From positions 40,423 through 104,422 of the IMG/VR virus record IMGVR_UViG_3300011271_000002: a stretch of 64,000 bases of DNA, one strand, 5' to 3'. The notes beneath the pieces were generated by a model, which saw nothing but the letters and a program-made list of their open reading frames with translations, had not been told where the DNA came from and ran no database searches. Numbering within the stretch: the stretch's first letter is position 1; every line of letters starts with the position of its first letter. Position numbers and translations under genes: made by a program. This stretch comes from a virus. Below, piece after piece: positions 36,430-45,554 of the stretch.

Positions 36430-39400
36430 CACCTCATCACCATCCAGTTTAGGGTGATCGCTCCTGGAGTGACGGAAGACCCGGTGTTATTGCACGTCTT
36501 AAAATTCACATTTCCAGAAGTAGGATACGCGATGATAGTCAACATCCCGCTTGTGGATGGGACGTAGCCGGTAACCGCTGTCGGATCGCCGTTAAAGCTG
36601 GCTACCAGTACATCGGTCGATGCCACGCCGGTTGCGGTGGACGTGACTACAGTGGCGCACGCTCCGGAGGAAATCGCTCCAGTTCCCATCGCCGCCGTGC
36701 CGCTGGCAATAGTCTGACTGAGGATATTTGATCCGGCGGCCGTGGGGACCGTGCTGCCATTGATCGAGGTCAGGCTGGCTAGTGTCGAAACACCTGTAGC
36801 ATCCCCGTTCCCGACTCCCTGATGACTGGCGAGCCGAATCAACGGCAAGGTGGTAGAAAGCGTAGGGAATGCTGTTCCATCAGGGAATGTGGGCCAAGTT
36901 CCGCTGGTTGCGATCACCACACCAACCGTAATGCCCGTGCCGCATGGAGTAGTACCGCCGCTATCGGTCACCTTTCCGGCGGTCGTTCCCGCGCACACGG
37001 TATGACCTATCGTGACGGCCGCCGAAGCATTCACCGGTATTTCAGACGGGGCTGCAGCCACTGTGACTTGAATAGTGCTCGACTTTGAAAGCGCTATCCC
37101 GGCGATGACCTTGGGGGAGGCGCTGCAATCCGTCGCTGTCTTTGCAGTAGAGGTATAGCATTCAAGATTCCACTGAGTAACGGTGCCGCTCTGAGCGTAG
37201 GACTCCGCGACCAGGAGTAATCCTTGAAGGCCCGTACTGGTAGCACCGGTGCTAGATCCTGCCAGTAACTCAGCCGACCCACCCGCACTCGCTGTATTCG
37301 TAGCGGCATTCGATCCGCCGGCATGGAGCGCACCGCCGCCCTGTGAAGACGCTCCACCTGCGCCGGTTTCGTTCGCTCCGCGTAGCGTCACAGATCCAAG
37401 GGCCGAGTTTGCCGATGCGTCCTGGCCGCCGATATAAGTGAGCGCCTGTGTAGAGGTCGGCGATTGCAATTTGTTCGTTCCATCCTGAAAACTGGCTAAC
37501 TCAACGTATCCTTGTGACTCGATTCTAAGATGGGTATCGTAAGTCCCGCCTCCTCCGTTGGTAGTAAGAACCCGTCCCAGTATTTGTCCGATGAGAGGAA
37601 CCGTCGCGCCCGCATCGTGACAGTCGCCAGCGGTGGTGGTCGATATCTGTACATAATCGCCAGCGGTGGTAGCCCCGTCGTATATACACTGAGTCATTCC
37701 GGCTATGCTGATTTCGGCGGTGCTAGTAGTGCCACAGCCGGAAACGCAAATGCCTATAACGCCGTTCGTATCGGTAGTGAGTGGCGTAACTGCTGTACTT
37801 GGAGCTCCAGTCAATTTAGCCAACTTGTTCAGTGTCGTCCCCGTCGAACTGGCGTTCGTGTGCGTCATCGTGATCGCCATGTTGCCCACGCTGAGATTGG
37901 TATTCAGCGACGGAAAAACTAAGTTGGATAGAGCCGTGTTCGCGCCGCCAGTACCGCTTCCACTCTTAAGAAGCAAAACGTACCCCGCCGTGGCGGTATC
38001 CCAGTTGATTGTCACATCATACTGCGTCCCGCCCGCCGCCATCTCGCAATGCGCGTCCTTCGGCTGAAGCCACTGACGAGTTGTCCCTGATGTGACCAAG
38101 GTGGTAAAGGACAAATCGCAAGTGCCCAAACCGTGAACCGAGTTGGGGATGCTCCAAGTTGTAGCCGAAGCTTCGGCGGCGGCGTAAGATCCAGATCCGC
38201 CAGAGAAAGGCATCACGCCACCAGAGCGCTGGGTAAACGTATTAGCCGTGACGGCATTGGTGGAAAACGCCACCGTGAAGTCCACGAACAGAGCGGCGGT
38301 TAAATCGATGTTTGAGGATACGGCGGTATTTGTATCTACAAATACTGAGTCTGCTGTAGTCGTCAACGCGCCTAAATCGACAGCCAATGGACCATGGATC
38401 TCAAGGTTCCCCGAGGCCCCGGTGGTAGCAGTATAGCCGAGCACGGCAAGATTCCAGTTGTTATTCGTGACCGCTGCAATGGTGGCGGTGCTGACAATCG
38501 AAACGAGTGTCACCACTGTTCCCGATCCGCAGCCGCTTACGGTGCAAAGTTTGGTCTTGAGAGTAATCGTTGGAGTCTGGGCAGTTTGGGTTGAGTACGT
38601 TCCAGCCCCATCGAACAGAAACGGTTGACGGAGGTTATTCAAATACCCGGTCGGCAAGGCTAGTTCCATTAACGTCTGATCAGATGTCGTATTGGTATTC
38701 ACCGTCACAGCGCTGAGATTAACAACTGCACCACCAGGCGGAGTGATCGGGATATAACCGGACACACTGCTACCTGAAGTTTGCCACGTTACATTAACAT
38801 TACCCCCCGGCGCGGCGGGCGTGGCTGCGTTGAAGTTTGGACTAGAAACCGATCCGCCATTTACTGATACGCTGGTGCCGCCTCCTCCTCCACTGATCAC
38901 TTCGGCAAAGTAGTTAGTGCCATCTGACCAGACGCGCCAGCCAGTAGGAGCCGTTGCCGAGCCCGCCGTGCCGGTAAGATTCGCAGCCGCACCGTTGATG
39001 TTCTGTCCGCTACGCGCAAGTATCACAACGCCAGTTCCATAGTTCAAGATCGTGATGTAATTTCCATTCACAGGTTGAGAACCGGAAGCCACGAGCGTAA
39101 TGGTAAAAGTGCCAGAGGCCACGAGAATAGTTTTGTAGTTGGTGAAGTCGGCGGCTAGGACTTGGTAGGCAGCGGTTTGAGCGTTGGAGGCGAATGGAGC
39201 GCCGAGAACGACCTGGCGGCTTGAGTTCGTGGCTAGTAGAGCGGCAGACAAAGGAAGAATAAGACCATTGGTTCCCGTGATCTGATCGGAGATGTTGATG
39301 TCCACGCCGGATGCTACTACCTGCACTGCCCCGCCATTGTTGTTGTTCATCTTCCAACGATGCGCGGCGCTATCGGCATAGAATAGATCCGAGTTCGCCA

Positions 39401-39851
39401 CGCCAGCAGGCGCGGAGCCTTCCGGTTCCGACACTCCATGCCAACTACTTCCAGGGACTCCCGTCACCACACCCGTCATGTTCGTACCGTCATATGAGAA
39501 AATTTGTTCAGTGCAATTCGTGGTCCCAGCTGCAGGATCAGGCTGGCTACCGCTAAGGATGTTTGAAGAGAACGTGTATGTCCGACTACCGACTGAATCC
39601 TGGCACGAGCGTAGGAGATATAGCCCCGGTCCTTCCGTCGTGGCGCTGAAAGCCAGTGTGGTGTTACCCGCCCCGAAGTCCACCTCGCAGACATTCGTAT
39701 TTAGGAAATTACACGTTGTCGTCCCACCCGAATTGAACGTCGGCTTATTGACATTGCCGTTTGAGAACAATGATGGAACGCCGTTCAAGGTTAAAGTTTG
39801 AGCCGCCATCGGCACGCACGAGATGGTGAGTAGTATTAGGGCTTGGCGCAT
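36429..39851 (-). CDS. Large (1140 aa) signal-peptide, Thr/Gly/Ser-rich multi-module fibre-like protein
   Basis: MRQALILLTISCVPMAA/Q; several modules with paired Cys. Confidence 0.8.
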   Translation of the reverse strand: MRQALILLTISCVPMAAQTLTLNGVPSLFSNGNVNKPTFNSGGTTTCNFLNTNVCEVDFGAGNTTLAFSATTEGPGLYLLRSCQDSVGSRTYTFSSNILSGSQPDPAAGTTNCTEQIFSYDGTNMTGVVTGVPGSSWHGVSEPEGSAPAGVANSDLFYADSAAHRWKMNNNNGGAVQVVASGVDINISDQITGTNGLILPLSAALLATNSSRQVVLGAPFASNAQTAAYQVLAADFTNYKTILVASGTFTITLVASGSQPVNGNYITILNYGTGVVILARSGQNINGAAANLTGTAGSATAPTGWRVWSDGTNYFAEVISGGGGGTSVSVNGGSVSSPNFNAATPAAPGGNVNVTWQTSGSSVSGYIPITPPGGAVVNLSAVTVNTNTTSDQTLMELALPTGYLNNLRQPFLFDGAGTYSTQTAQTPTITLKTKLCTVSGCGSGTVVTLVSIVSTATIAAVTNNNWNLAVLGYTATTGASGNLEIHGPLAVDLGALTTTADSVFVDTNTAVSSNIDLTAALFVDFTVAFSTNAVTANTFTQRSGGVMPFSGGSGSYAAAEASATTWSIPNSVHGLGTCDLSFTTLVTSGTTRQWLQPKDAHCEMAAGGTQYDVTINWDTATAGYVLLLKSGSGTGGANTALSNLVFPSLNTNLSVGNMAITMTHTNASSTGTTLNKLAKLTGAPSTAVTPLTTDTNGVIGICVSGCGTTSTAEISIAGMTQCIYDGATTAGDYVQISTTTAGDCHDAGATVPLIGQILGRVLTTNGGGGTYDTHLRIESQGYVELASFQDGTNKLQSPTSTQALTYIGGQDASANSALGSVTLRGANETGAGGASSQGGGALHAGGSNAATNTASAGGSAELLAGSSTGATSTGLQGLLLVAESYAQSGTVTQWNLECYTSTAKTATDCSASPKVIAGIALSKSSTIQVTVAAAPSEIPVNASAAVTIGHTVCAGTTAGKVTDSGGTTPCGTGITVGVVIATSGTWPTFPDGTAFPTLSTTLPLIRLASHQGVGNGDATGVSTLASLTSINGSTVPTAAGSNILSQTIASGTAAMGTGAISSGACATVVTSTATGVASTDVLVASFNGDPTAVTGYVPSTSGMLTIIAYPTSGNVNFKTCNNTGSSVTPGAITLNWMVMR

Positions 39852-40174
39852 TCAAGCACGTTCTCTTTGGCAAACTTGGCTTCATCCAGTTGGCAGATTG
39901 CTCGAACTACTATCAGATAAGCATCGAATTCTCTTTCCGCCGCGATCCGCGCCGCCTGGGCATTTATTTCGTCGAGCCGCTTCTCCATCATTTTTGCCCG
40001 CTTGCTCCAATAGATGATCTGCATGGGAGCTAGGATGACAGGCGAATCTTTCTTGCTCTCCGGCGTGGCGACTGTTTCTTTCGTGGCGTCGGCCACCGGC
40101 TTTTCGTCCTGTTGCTTCGTTTGGCCAGCAAAGGATAGACTCGCACACAATACGAAAAATAGTAACCGTGTCAT
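39836..40174 (-). CDS. Small secreted helical / coiled-coil protein
   Basis: MTRLLFFVLCASLSFA/GQ. Confidence 0.7.
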   Translation of the reverse strand: MTRLLFFVLCASLSFAGQTKQQDEKPVADATKETVATPESKKDSPVILAPMQIIYWSKRAKMMEKRLDEINAQAARIAAEREFDAYLIVVRAICQLDEAKFAKENVLECAKP

Positions 40175-40183
40175 TCTCGGTTC

Positions 40184-41209
40184 CTACATGTTGATGACGG
40201 AGATGCCGGTAGCGTAAGAATTGGTTCCGTCGTCGAGAAACGATACAACTGTACACTTCGACGCCGTAAGACCGATGTCTGGATGACCCAACATCGTGGC
40301 TGGCCAAACGAAGGTAAAGTTCCCAGTTCCATTTTGGCAGACTTTGATTATTGGCTCAAGGCCGTTCGAATGATTCGATACCGTCGCTCCGGTGACGTTG
40401 CCGGTCAGTGTGATGGTGAAAATGTCCGACAAACTTAGATCAAAATTAGGCGTGGCGGAAAATGACACCGTCGTGCTCTTGTGTGCCATGTTGCCTGGCA
40501 GAATGATGGCAGTAGCCAACGAGATCACCGGAGTTGTACCTCCAGTGCTCGCGATTTGATTGCTCGTACCGTTGACTGCTGTCACGGAACCACCAGCGCT
40601 ACCACAAGCCCCTGACTGAGGATTGAATAGTTGGAATTGAGTTCCATCATAAATGACTTCGGCCACGGCCGCCGTGATCAGATCATTCGCCACAAGAGCC
40701 GTAGTTCCGCACTTCGTGATGGCCGTGGCGGTAAGACCATTGACCGCTAGCGTCGGAGCCGCTCCGGTATTGGCCGCATTCGGCTTGAAATAAAGCGTGA
40801 GACCGGTCGTCAACGCCGTAGCGGCAGGAGCTAGCGTTGCGGTCTGAGCTTGCGCCGTGCCACCACCCGCGATGTAGTCGGTTGCGTTGAGATCAGAGAA
40901 ACTCTTGCCAGCTGGATCGGCTCCCGTCACGCCACTCAAGATAGCTAGGTTCGCAAGCGCTACGCCGCCGATCGCATTGCCAGAAGCTGCGTTAACCGAT
41001 ACGCTATGATTCGCCGCCCCGCTATTGACGTTGCAGGTAGAACCTAAGGTACAGGTCTGGCCATTGACGGTAGTGGAAGCATTACTCAGCGAGCCGTTGG
41101 TAACACTAGCCAGCGTTTGATTTGGGACGCCATTGATGGTGCCGGTACCTTGTGCGAAAGCCGCTATTGCGATTAGCTGCAACGAGAAGGCGAGACGAAG
41201 AGAACGCAT
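40184..41209 (-). CDS. Signal-peptide protein with two tail-fibre modules
   Basis: MRSLRLAFSLQLIAIAAFA/Q; GGTAQAQTAT module and ITLTGNVT...CQ..TG..TF.W module. Confidence 0.8.
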   Translation of the reverse strand: MRSLRLAFSLQLIAIAAFAQGTGTINGVPNQTLASVTNGSLSNASTTVNGQTCTLGSTCNVNSGAANHSVSVNAASGNAIGGVALANLAILSGVTGADPAGKSFSDLNATDYIAGGGTAQAQTATLAPAATALTTGLTLYFKPNAANTGAAPTLAVNGLTATAITKCGTTALVANDLITAAVAEVIYDGTQFQLFNPQSGACGSAGGSVTAVNGTSNQIASTGGTTPVISLATAIILPGNMAHKSTTVSFSATPNFDLSLSDIFTITLTGNVTGATVSNHSNGLEPIIKVCQNGTGNFTFVWPATMLGHPDIGLTASKCTVVSFLDDGTNSYATGISVINM

Positions 41210-41231
41210 TTTGTTTTGTATCCTTCTTGTG

Positions 41232-42029
41232 TCATTGATTGATGAGACCCTTAGCGTAGATTTGATCACCATCCGAAGTGAAATCCTGTGTTGAACATTT
41301 GCTTGCTATCAATCCTACCCCAAAACCGCCGTGCACGCGCGCGGCCCAAGCGAAGGTGTGATTTCCGGCCGGGTCCTGGCAGATCGTTATGGTGATCGTC
41401 TGTCCAGCCAGAACGTTGGGGAAAGTCTGATTCGTCACGTTGCCGGTCAATGTTATTTTGAAGGCGGTCGCCACGCTGAGATCGAATACCGGTGTGGCAG
41501 AATAAGGCACAGTTAAAAAAGTTGGCGGGCTCTGCGGTCCCCATTGCACGACGCCGCCTATCACCTCGAGCGCATAACCATTCGATCCAATCGGCGTCAG
41601 TTGATTTATGTTCAGCGCGAACGGCGTGGCGGGTAAGGCGTTGACCTGAACTCCGGAAAGATCCAGCGTCGTCCCCGTATCCGGCACGCTCCAGAAATCG
41701 CGGTACACGATCCCGTTCGTGTGGTACTCCGCAACGTATCCGAGCGGCGCCGTGGTGGTGCCCGTGGCCGTACTTCCGATCGTTGGTTGCAGATTGACAT
41801 CGAGGTATCCGGTGTTCGCTCCGGATGTGGGGATATCGTATCGGAAAACTGTGGTGGTGACCGCTACGCCACCGGCCGTCCGGAAGGGACGATTTGCCTG
41901 GATCAACACGTAGCCTGTCGCCGGTGCGCTGCCCGGGCCCGCGACATTGAGCAATTGGCGAATGTGCGTGATCGCGCCCAATGGCATGGAGACGCTCAGA
42001 AGAGCAAGTACTGCCAGCCTGTGACGCAT
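41232..42029 (-). CDS. Signal-peptide protein with fibre-anchor-like N-terminus and ITLTGNVT module
   Basis: MRHRLAVLALLSVSMPLGA/I; SD GGAGG. Confidence 0.8.
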   Translation of the reverse strand: MRHRLAVLALLSVSMPLGAITHIRQLLNVAGPGSAPATGYVLIQANRPFRTAGGVAVTTTVFRYDIPTSGANTGYLDVNLQPTIGSTATGTTTAPLGYVAEYHTNGIVYRDFWSVPDTGTTLDLSGVQVNALPATPFALNINQLTPIGSNGYALEVIGGVVQWGPQSPPTFLTVPYSATPVFDLSVATAFKITLTGNVTNQTFPNVLAGQTITITICQDPAGNHTFAWAARVHGGFGVGLIASKCSTQDFTSDGDQIYAKGLINQ

Positions 42030-42101
42030 CGGACGCGCGACCTCCAGTCGGGATTCTTAATTACTCAGTCTACGCTAAGATCGGAACTGGAGGAACATCC
42101 C

Positions 42102-42272
42102 ATGTGGCTCTCGGTGCTCGTGTTCGTGCTCGGCCTCGCTCTTTTCGTGACGGTCGATCAGGCGAAATATCCAAACTTGAAGGAAATCGGAAGGATAATG
42201 TTATTTTCCGGCCTGTTCGTGGCGCTGCTGAAATTCGCTTGGCCGCTGAGTGAGGCAGTGCGGAGATTTTAG
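42102..42272 (+). CDS. Small two-TM membrane protein (56 aa)
   Basis: SD GGAGG; MWLSVLVFVLGLALFV...EIGRIMLFSGLFVALL. Confidence 0.7.
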   Translation: MWLSVLVFVLGLALFVTVDQAKYPNLKEIGRIMLFSGLFVALLKFAWPLSEAVRRF

Positions 42273-42459
42273 TCGGCAAGATCCGCTTCGCCGTGACTCG
42301 CGTTCCAGTGCGGAATCTCGCCACAGGCCGCGCAGTGCACGAACTTGCCCACGGTACCGCCGGGCGCATCGTGGCCGCATTCCAGTGCCACTCTTCGCGG
42401 CGTCATCGACGGGCACTCGCATTTCGTGGATCGCCGGTGGCAGGCAATGCAGAACGCGA

Positions 42460-42882
42460 CTACTTCGCGTAGGAGTTTGAAGGCGCCGGATTTGAAGCCC
42501 ATTTGCTATTCCTCTGAATCTGCCTGTGTTTGATGATTAGTTCCGCCATCACCTCGGGATTTCTGTAGACGATCCTGCTTTTGCATCGCTGGCGCATCGC
42601 ATCGTCGATCTCTTGAACTCCTCGAATCAAATTGCAGTAACGATGGGCCAGTTTAAGATTCTCGCTGACCGTCTGCCCTTTCTTAAAGCGCGGCACAACG
42701 TGATCGAGGGAAGCGCGAACATCGTGGCTCAACGGAAGATGAGAAAGAAACCTACCACGAAATAGCATCGGCAGTTCGCAGATCCAGCACAGCTCGCCGT
42801 GTTCGTGGCGCATCCGCACGAGATTCGAGCGCAGACTTTTCAGCCGATCATCCTCAACTGTTCCGGCCAGTGCTCCGCGCAA
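42460..42882 (-). CDS. HNH endonuclease
   Basis: CWICELP, SLDHVVPRFKKG..SENLKLAHRYCNLIRG. Confidence 0.85.
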   Translation of the reverse strand: MRGALAGTVEDDRLKSLRSNLVRMRHEHGELCWICELPMLFRGRFLSHLPLSHDVRASLDHVVPRFKKGQTVSENLKLAHRYCNLIRGVQEIDDAMRQRCKSRIVYRNPEVMAELIIKHRQIQRNSKWASNPAPSNSYAK

Positions 42883-43436
42883 ATGAATGAGCGGTCATCG
42901 CCAAGGTCGCGGATGTGTCGGAAGCAGCCTGGCTGTCCGCATTGGACGCGCTGTAGGGTCAGGACGACGTCGCTCTTTTTCCAGTAATATTCGTCGACGC
43001 GGCGGTCGCCACCAGACTTGTTCCGCTTCCTCCGGACGATAACGCGCATCGTGTGATCCATGACAACTCCCTGCTGATTGAGGTCCGCGATTTGCAGAAT
43101 GTGGCCCTGGCGAGTTCGCTTCATATTTGAGCATTCGTCGCCAACCTGGAGAAGATCCACGCGCTTGGGCAGGAACAATTCAACCGGCCAGATACAGCGG
43201 CCATCGGCGGCGGCCGCGCACTGGTAGCAGAGCTGATGTTTGCATGTGCAATCGGTGAAAGTGCCCGTCATCGAAACCGTCATCGCGGTGCAAAACTGGA
43301 AAATCTGGCCATGCTCGCGCGGGCAGCGATGGCAGAATGGACGGTCGCTTCGACAGATCGCGCAGAAGGCGGAAGTCATTTGCCTTCCAGGATGCCTCTG
43401 ATCTTGTGAATCCGACATGTGTGATCGAAACTGCAC
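42840..43436 (-). CDS. Cys-rich hypothetical protein
   Basis: Multiple CxxC motifs; start probably ATG 43379. Confidence 0.55.
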   Translation of the reverse strand: MQFRSHMSDSQDQRHPGRQMTSAFCAICRSDRPFCHRCPREHGQIFQFCTAMTVSMTGTFTDCTCKHQLCYQCAAAADGRCIWPVELFLPKRVDLLQVGDECSNMKRTRQGHILQIADLNQQGVVMDHTMRVIVRRKRNKSGGDRRVDEYYWKKSDVVLTLQRVQCGQPGCFRHIRDLGDDRSFICAEHWPEQLRMIG

Positions 43437-43798
43437 GGATCGCCATCTTCGCAGCGATCTAAATTGACGTGATCTCCAATTCTTGAGGCCAGATCGGTAG
43501 GCGGTAAGGCAGGAACGCCACTGCCGCCGCGCGGTGGGACTGGCACCGTCGCCATTTCTACCGCCGCATCAATCGGGCCATCGTGCTCGCGCCCAGCGAG
43601 CCTGTCGATCACCCACGGATCGCGCGCGGCCGGCCACACCTTCGCGGACCGCATCAGCCCGCCGCCGTCCGAGTGCGTCGTCCAACCGAAGACTCGCTCG
43701 GCGCCGGTTTGCGCATCGAAGAAGCGGACCTCGTAGCGCTGGCCGCGGTCACCGCTTATGACGGCAAGAAAACTACACTCGTTTTCAGTCTTCGACAT
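43376..43798 (-). CDS. Hypothetical protein
   Basis: DRGQRYEVRF...VFGW. Confidence 0.6.
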   Translation of the reverse strand: MSKTENECSFLAVISGDRGQRYEVRFFDAQTGAERVFGWTTHSDGGGLMRSAKVWPAARDPWVIDRLAGREHDGPIDAAVEMATVPVPPRGGSGVPALPPTDLASRIGDHVNLDRCEDGDPCSFDHTCRIHKIRGILEGK

Positions 43799-44111
43799 CG
43801 CGCTCTCCAGGGCCGAAAGGATCGAATTGCGTCAGGATGTCAACCGCGAACCGTTTGGCGGAATCGACGTCTATGAACATAAAACCGTCGCACTGGTTGA
43901 GAATTTTTGAGGGTACGCCGCAGCGGAATTCTACTTGGTAATCATATTCATCCTCGGTAGGTTCCTTTATGTCCGCGAGGATTCTGCCGCTGGCATGCAC
44001 CAGGATGTGATTTGAGAATTTATCACCATCACGATCACGTCCGGATTTGAACTGCCAGTCAAGCTCGGCTGCATCGAGGCGGCGGGATTCACTCCCTATT
44101 TTTTCTTCCAT
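43785..44111 (-). CDS. Hypothetical protein
   Basis: Acidic 108-aa ORF with SD GGAGG. Confidence 0.6.
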   Translation of the reverse strand: MEEKIGSESRRLDAAELDWQFKSGRDRDGDKFSNHILVHASGRILADIKEPTEDEYDYQVEFRCGVPSKILNQCDGFMFIDVDSAKRFAVDILTQFDPFGPGERDVED

Positions 44112-44355
44112 TTCAAGCCTCCTGTCAGCCCATGTGTCAGGGCCCGCGCACCGCGTTGCTTTCGCGCATCCGAAGCGGCGCTCGAGTCTCGCGCTCTATC
44201 GATTCCCGATCTACGCATCCAGGCCATGCCGCGAGAGTGCGTCTGGCAGCGCCCGGTGATTGGATCGGCTGGGAACACACAGCCCTTTACCGCCGTGCAG
44301 CGCGGGCCGGGATCGACCGGGGAGTCCGCACGCATCGCTGGGGCCATGTTGGGCA

Positions 44356-45231
44356 TTAGGCAGTTCTCCATGCTGCGTGGATGATCGCCGGCCTAGCCCA
44401 GCGCCGCTGAAATCGGCGCCACTCCAGACCAGGCCTATACCTCTCCGCGCTGGCAGTCTCCGGATCCCATAGCATCGCGTGTGGAGTGAAACCGATTTCC
44501 AGCATTTCGCGCAATCGTTTTTCGGCCGCCGGAAAAGTGTCTTTGGGGTAGCCGATTAGAACGTAAACGCGTAAACGATGCGAACGCGCGGTGAAGCCGG
44601 CCGCGAGTAGCCGATCAGCCGCACTCTTCAACGTCTCGAATGGATCGCCAGGATCATAGGCGAAGAAACAATTCGGGCGTGGCTTCAGATCGGCCAGTAG
44701 CCCGACCTGATAGTCCTCTAACGCCAAGGCCTCGAGCCCACCCGTGAATTCTACCCGTCGACGTTGGCGTGTAAGCATAGCGAACACCGCGCGCACGTGT
44801 GGCTCTGGACACGCTAGCAGATTATCATCGAGGATGTTCCAGCCGTCCTGAATCGGTAGCAGACGTGGAATTGGATCTCTTTTCCACACTGAACAGAACC
44901 AGCAACGTCGCGGGCAGCCACGCGACGTGAAGGTATAGCCGGTCTTGATGTACCGCCCTGGAATGAATTCGGCGCCGGGATCTTCGTACGCCACGCCGCC
45001 AAGCTTGATCGTCGCCACATGCCGCCATTCTTCGGCGAGCCGCTCAGCTCGCGCCTTGTCGGCGGTGAAGGTCACGTCGATGTGCACCTCGTCGGCCTCA
45101 ACGAACAGGTTTGGCGGGCCGAAAAAGGCCATCGCATCATCGGGGCTCGCCTTCGTTCGACGCGGGAACACGCGGGCCATAAGCTTCGGCTCAGGCGGCT
45201 GGCCCAGGATGGGAAAAGTTGGAATAATCAT
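44356..45231 (-). CDS. Radical SAM superfamily protein
   Basis: TSRGCPRRCWFC (CxxxCxxC), ILDDNLL, YVLIGY. Confidence 0.85.
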   Translation of the reverse strand: MIIPTFPILGQPPEPKLMARVFPRRTKASPDDAMAFFGPPNLFVEADEVHIDVTFTADKARAERLAEEWRHVATIKLGGVAYEDPGAEFIPGRYIKTGYTFTSRGCPRRCWFCSVWKRDPIPRLLPIQDGWNILDDNLLACPEPHVRAVFAMLTRQRRRVEFTGGLEALALEDYQVGLLADLKPRPNCFFAYDPGDPFETLKSAADRLLAAGFTARSHRLRVYVLIGYPKDTFPAAEKRLREMLEIGFTPHAMLWDPETASAERYRPGLEWRRFQRRWARPAIIHAAWRTA

Positions 45232-45554
45232 GGCTTTTTGGCTCTTCGTATACGAGCCGTACAGAAGCCGGCCGTCTCCCGCCCGAACTCATTTTGGCAG
45301 TGTAGCCCAGGATCAGCTTTGCAATGTGGACATGGGAACGCTAATGGATCTACCTGATCCATGCATGCGGGATCGCTACAACGTGCGGCATATTGACCAT
45401 TCGAGCACGTTGTGTGACCGCATTCCAATCGGACACGCGGCCGATCAAAGATGCTGTTGGATACCGTCAGGACCTCAACTATTTTACGAAGCGGCCCGCG
45501 GCGCTGAGCGGAATTTCCGCCAGTCCTTCCCTTCAGGTGTCCCTGACGGCTCAT
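45228..45554 (-). CDS. Zinc-finger hypothetical protein
   Basis: LECGH, CPHCKADPGLHC. Confidence 0.6.
   Translation of the reverse strand: MSRQGHLKGRTGGNSAQRRGPLRKIVEVLTVSNSIFDRPRVRLECGHTTCSNGQYAARCSDPACMDQVDPLAFPCPHCKADPGLHCQNEFGRETAGFCTARIRRAKKP

Noticed and set aside
31847-42029. Diversity-generating retroelement or invertible shufflon acting on the fibre genes
   Set aside because: No reverse transcriptase or invertase was seen. The repeated modules are diverged at protein level, not adenine-specific near-identical DNA repeats, and all have the same orientation.
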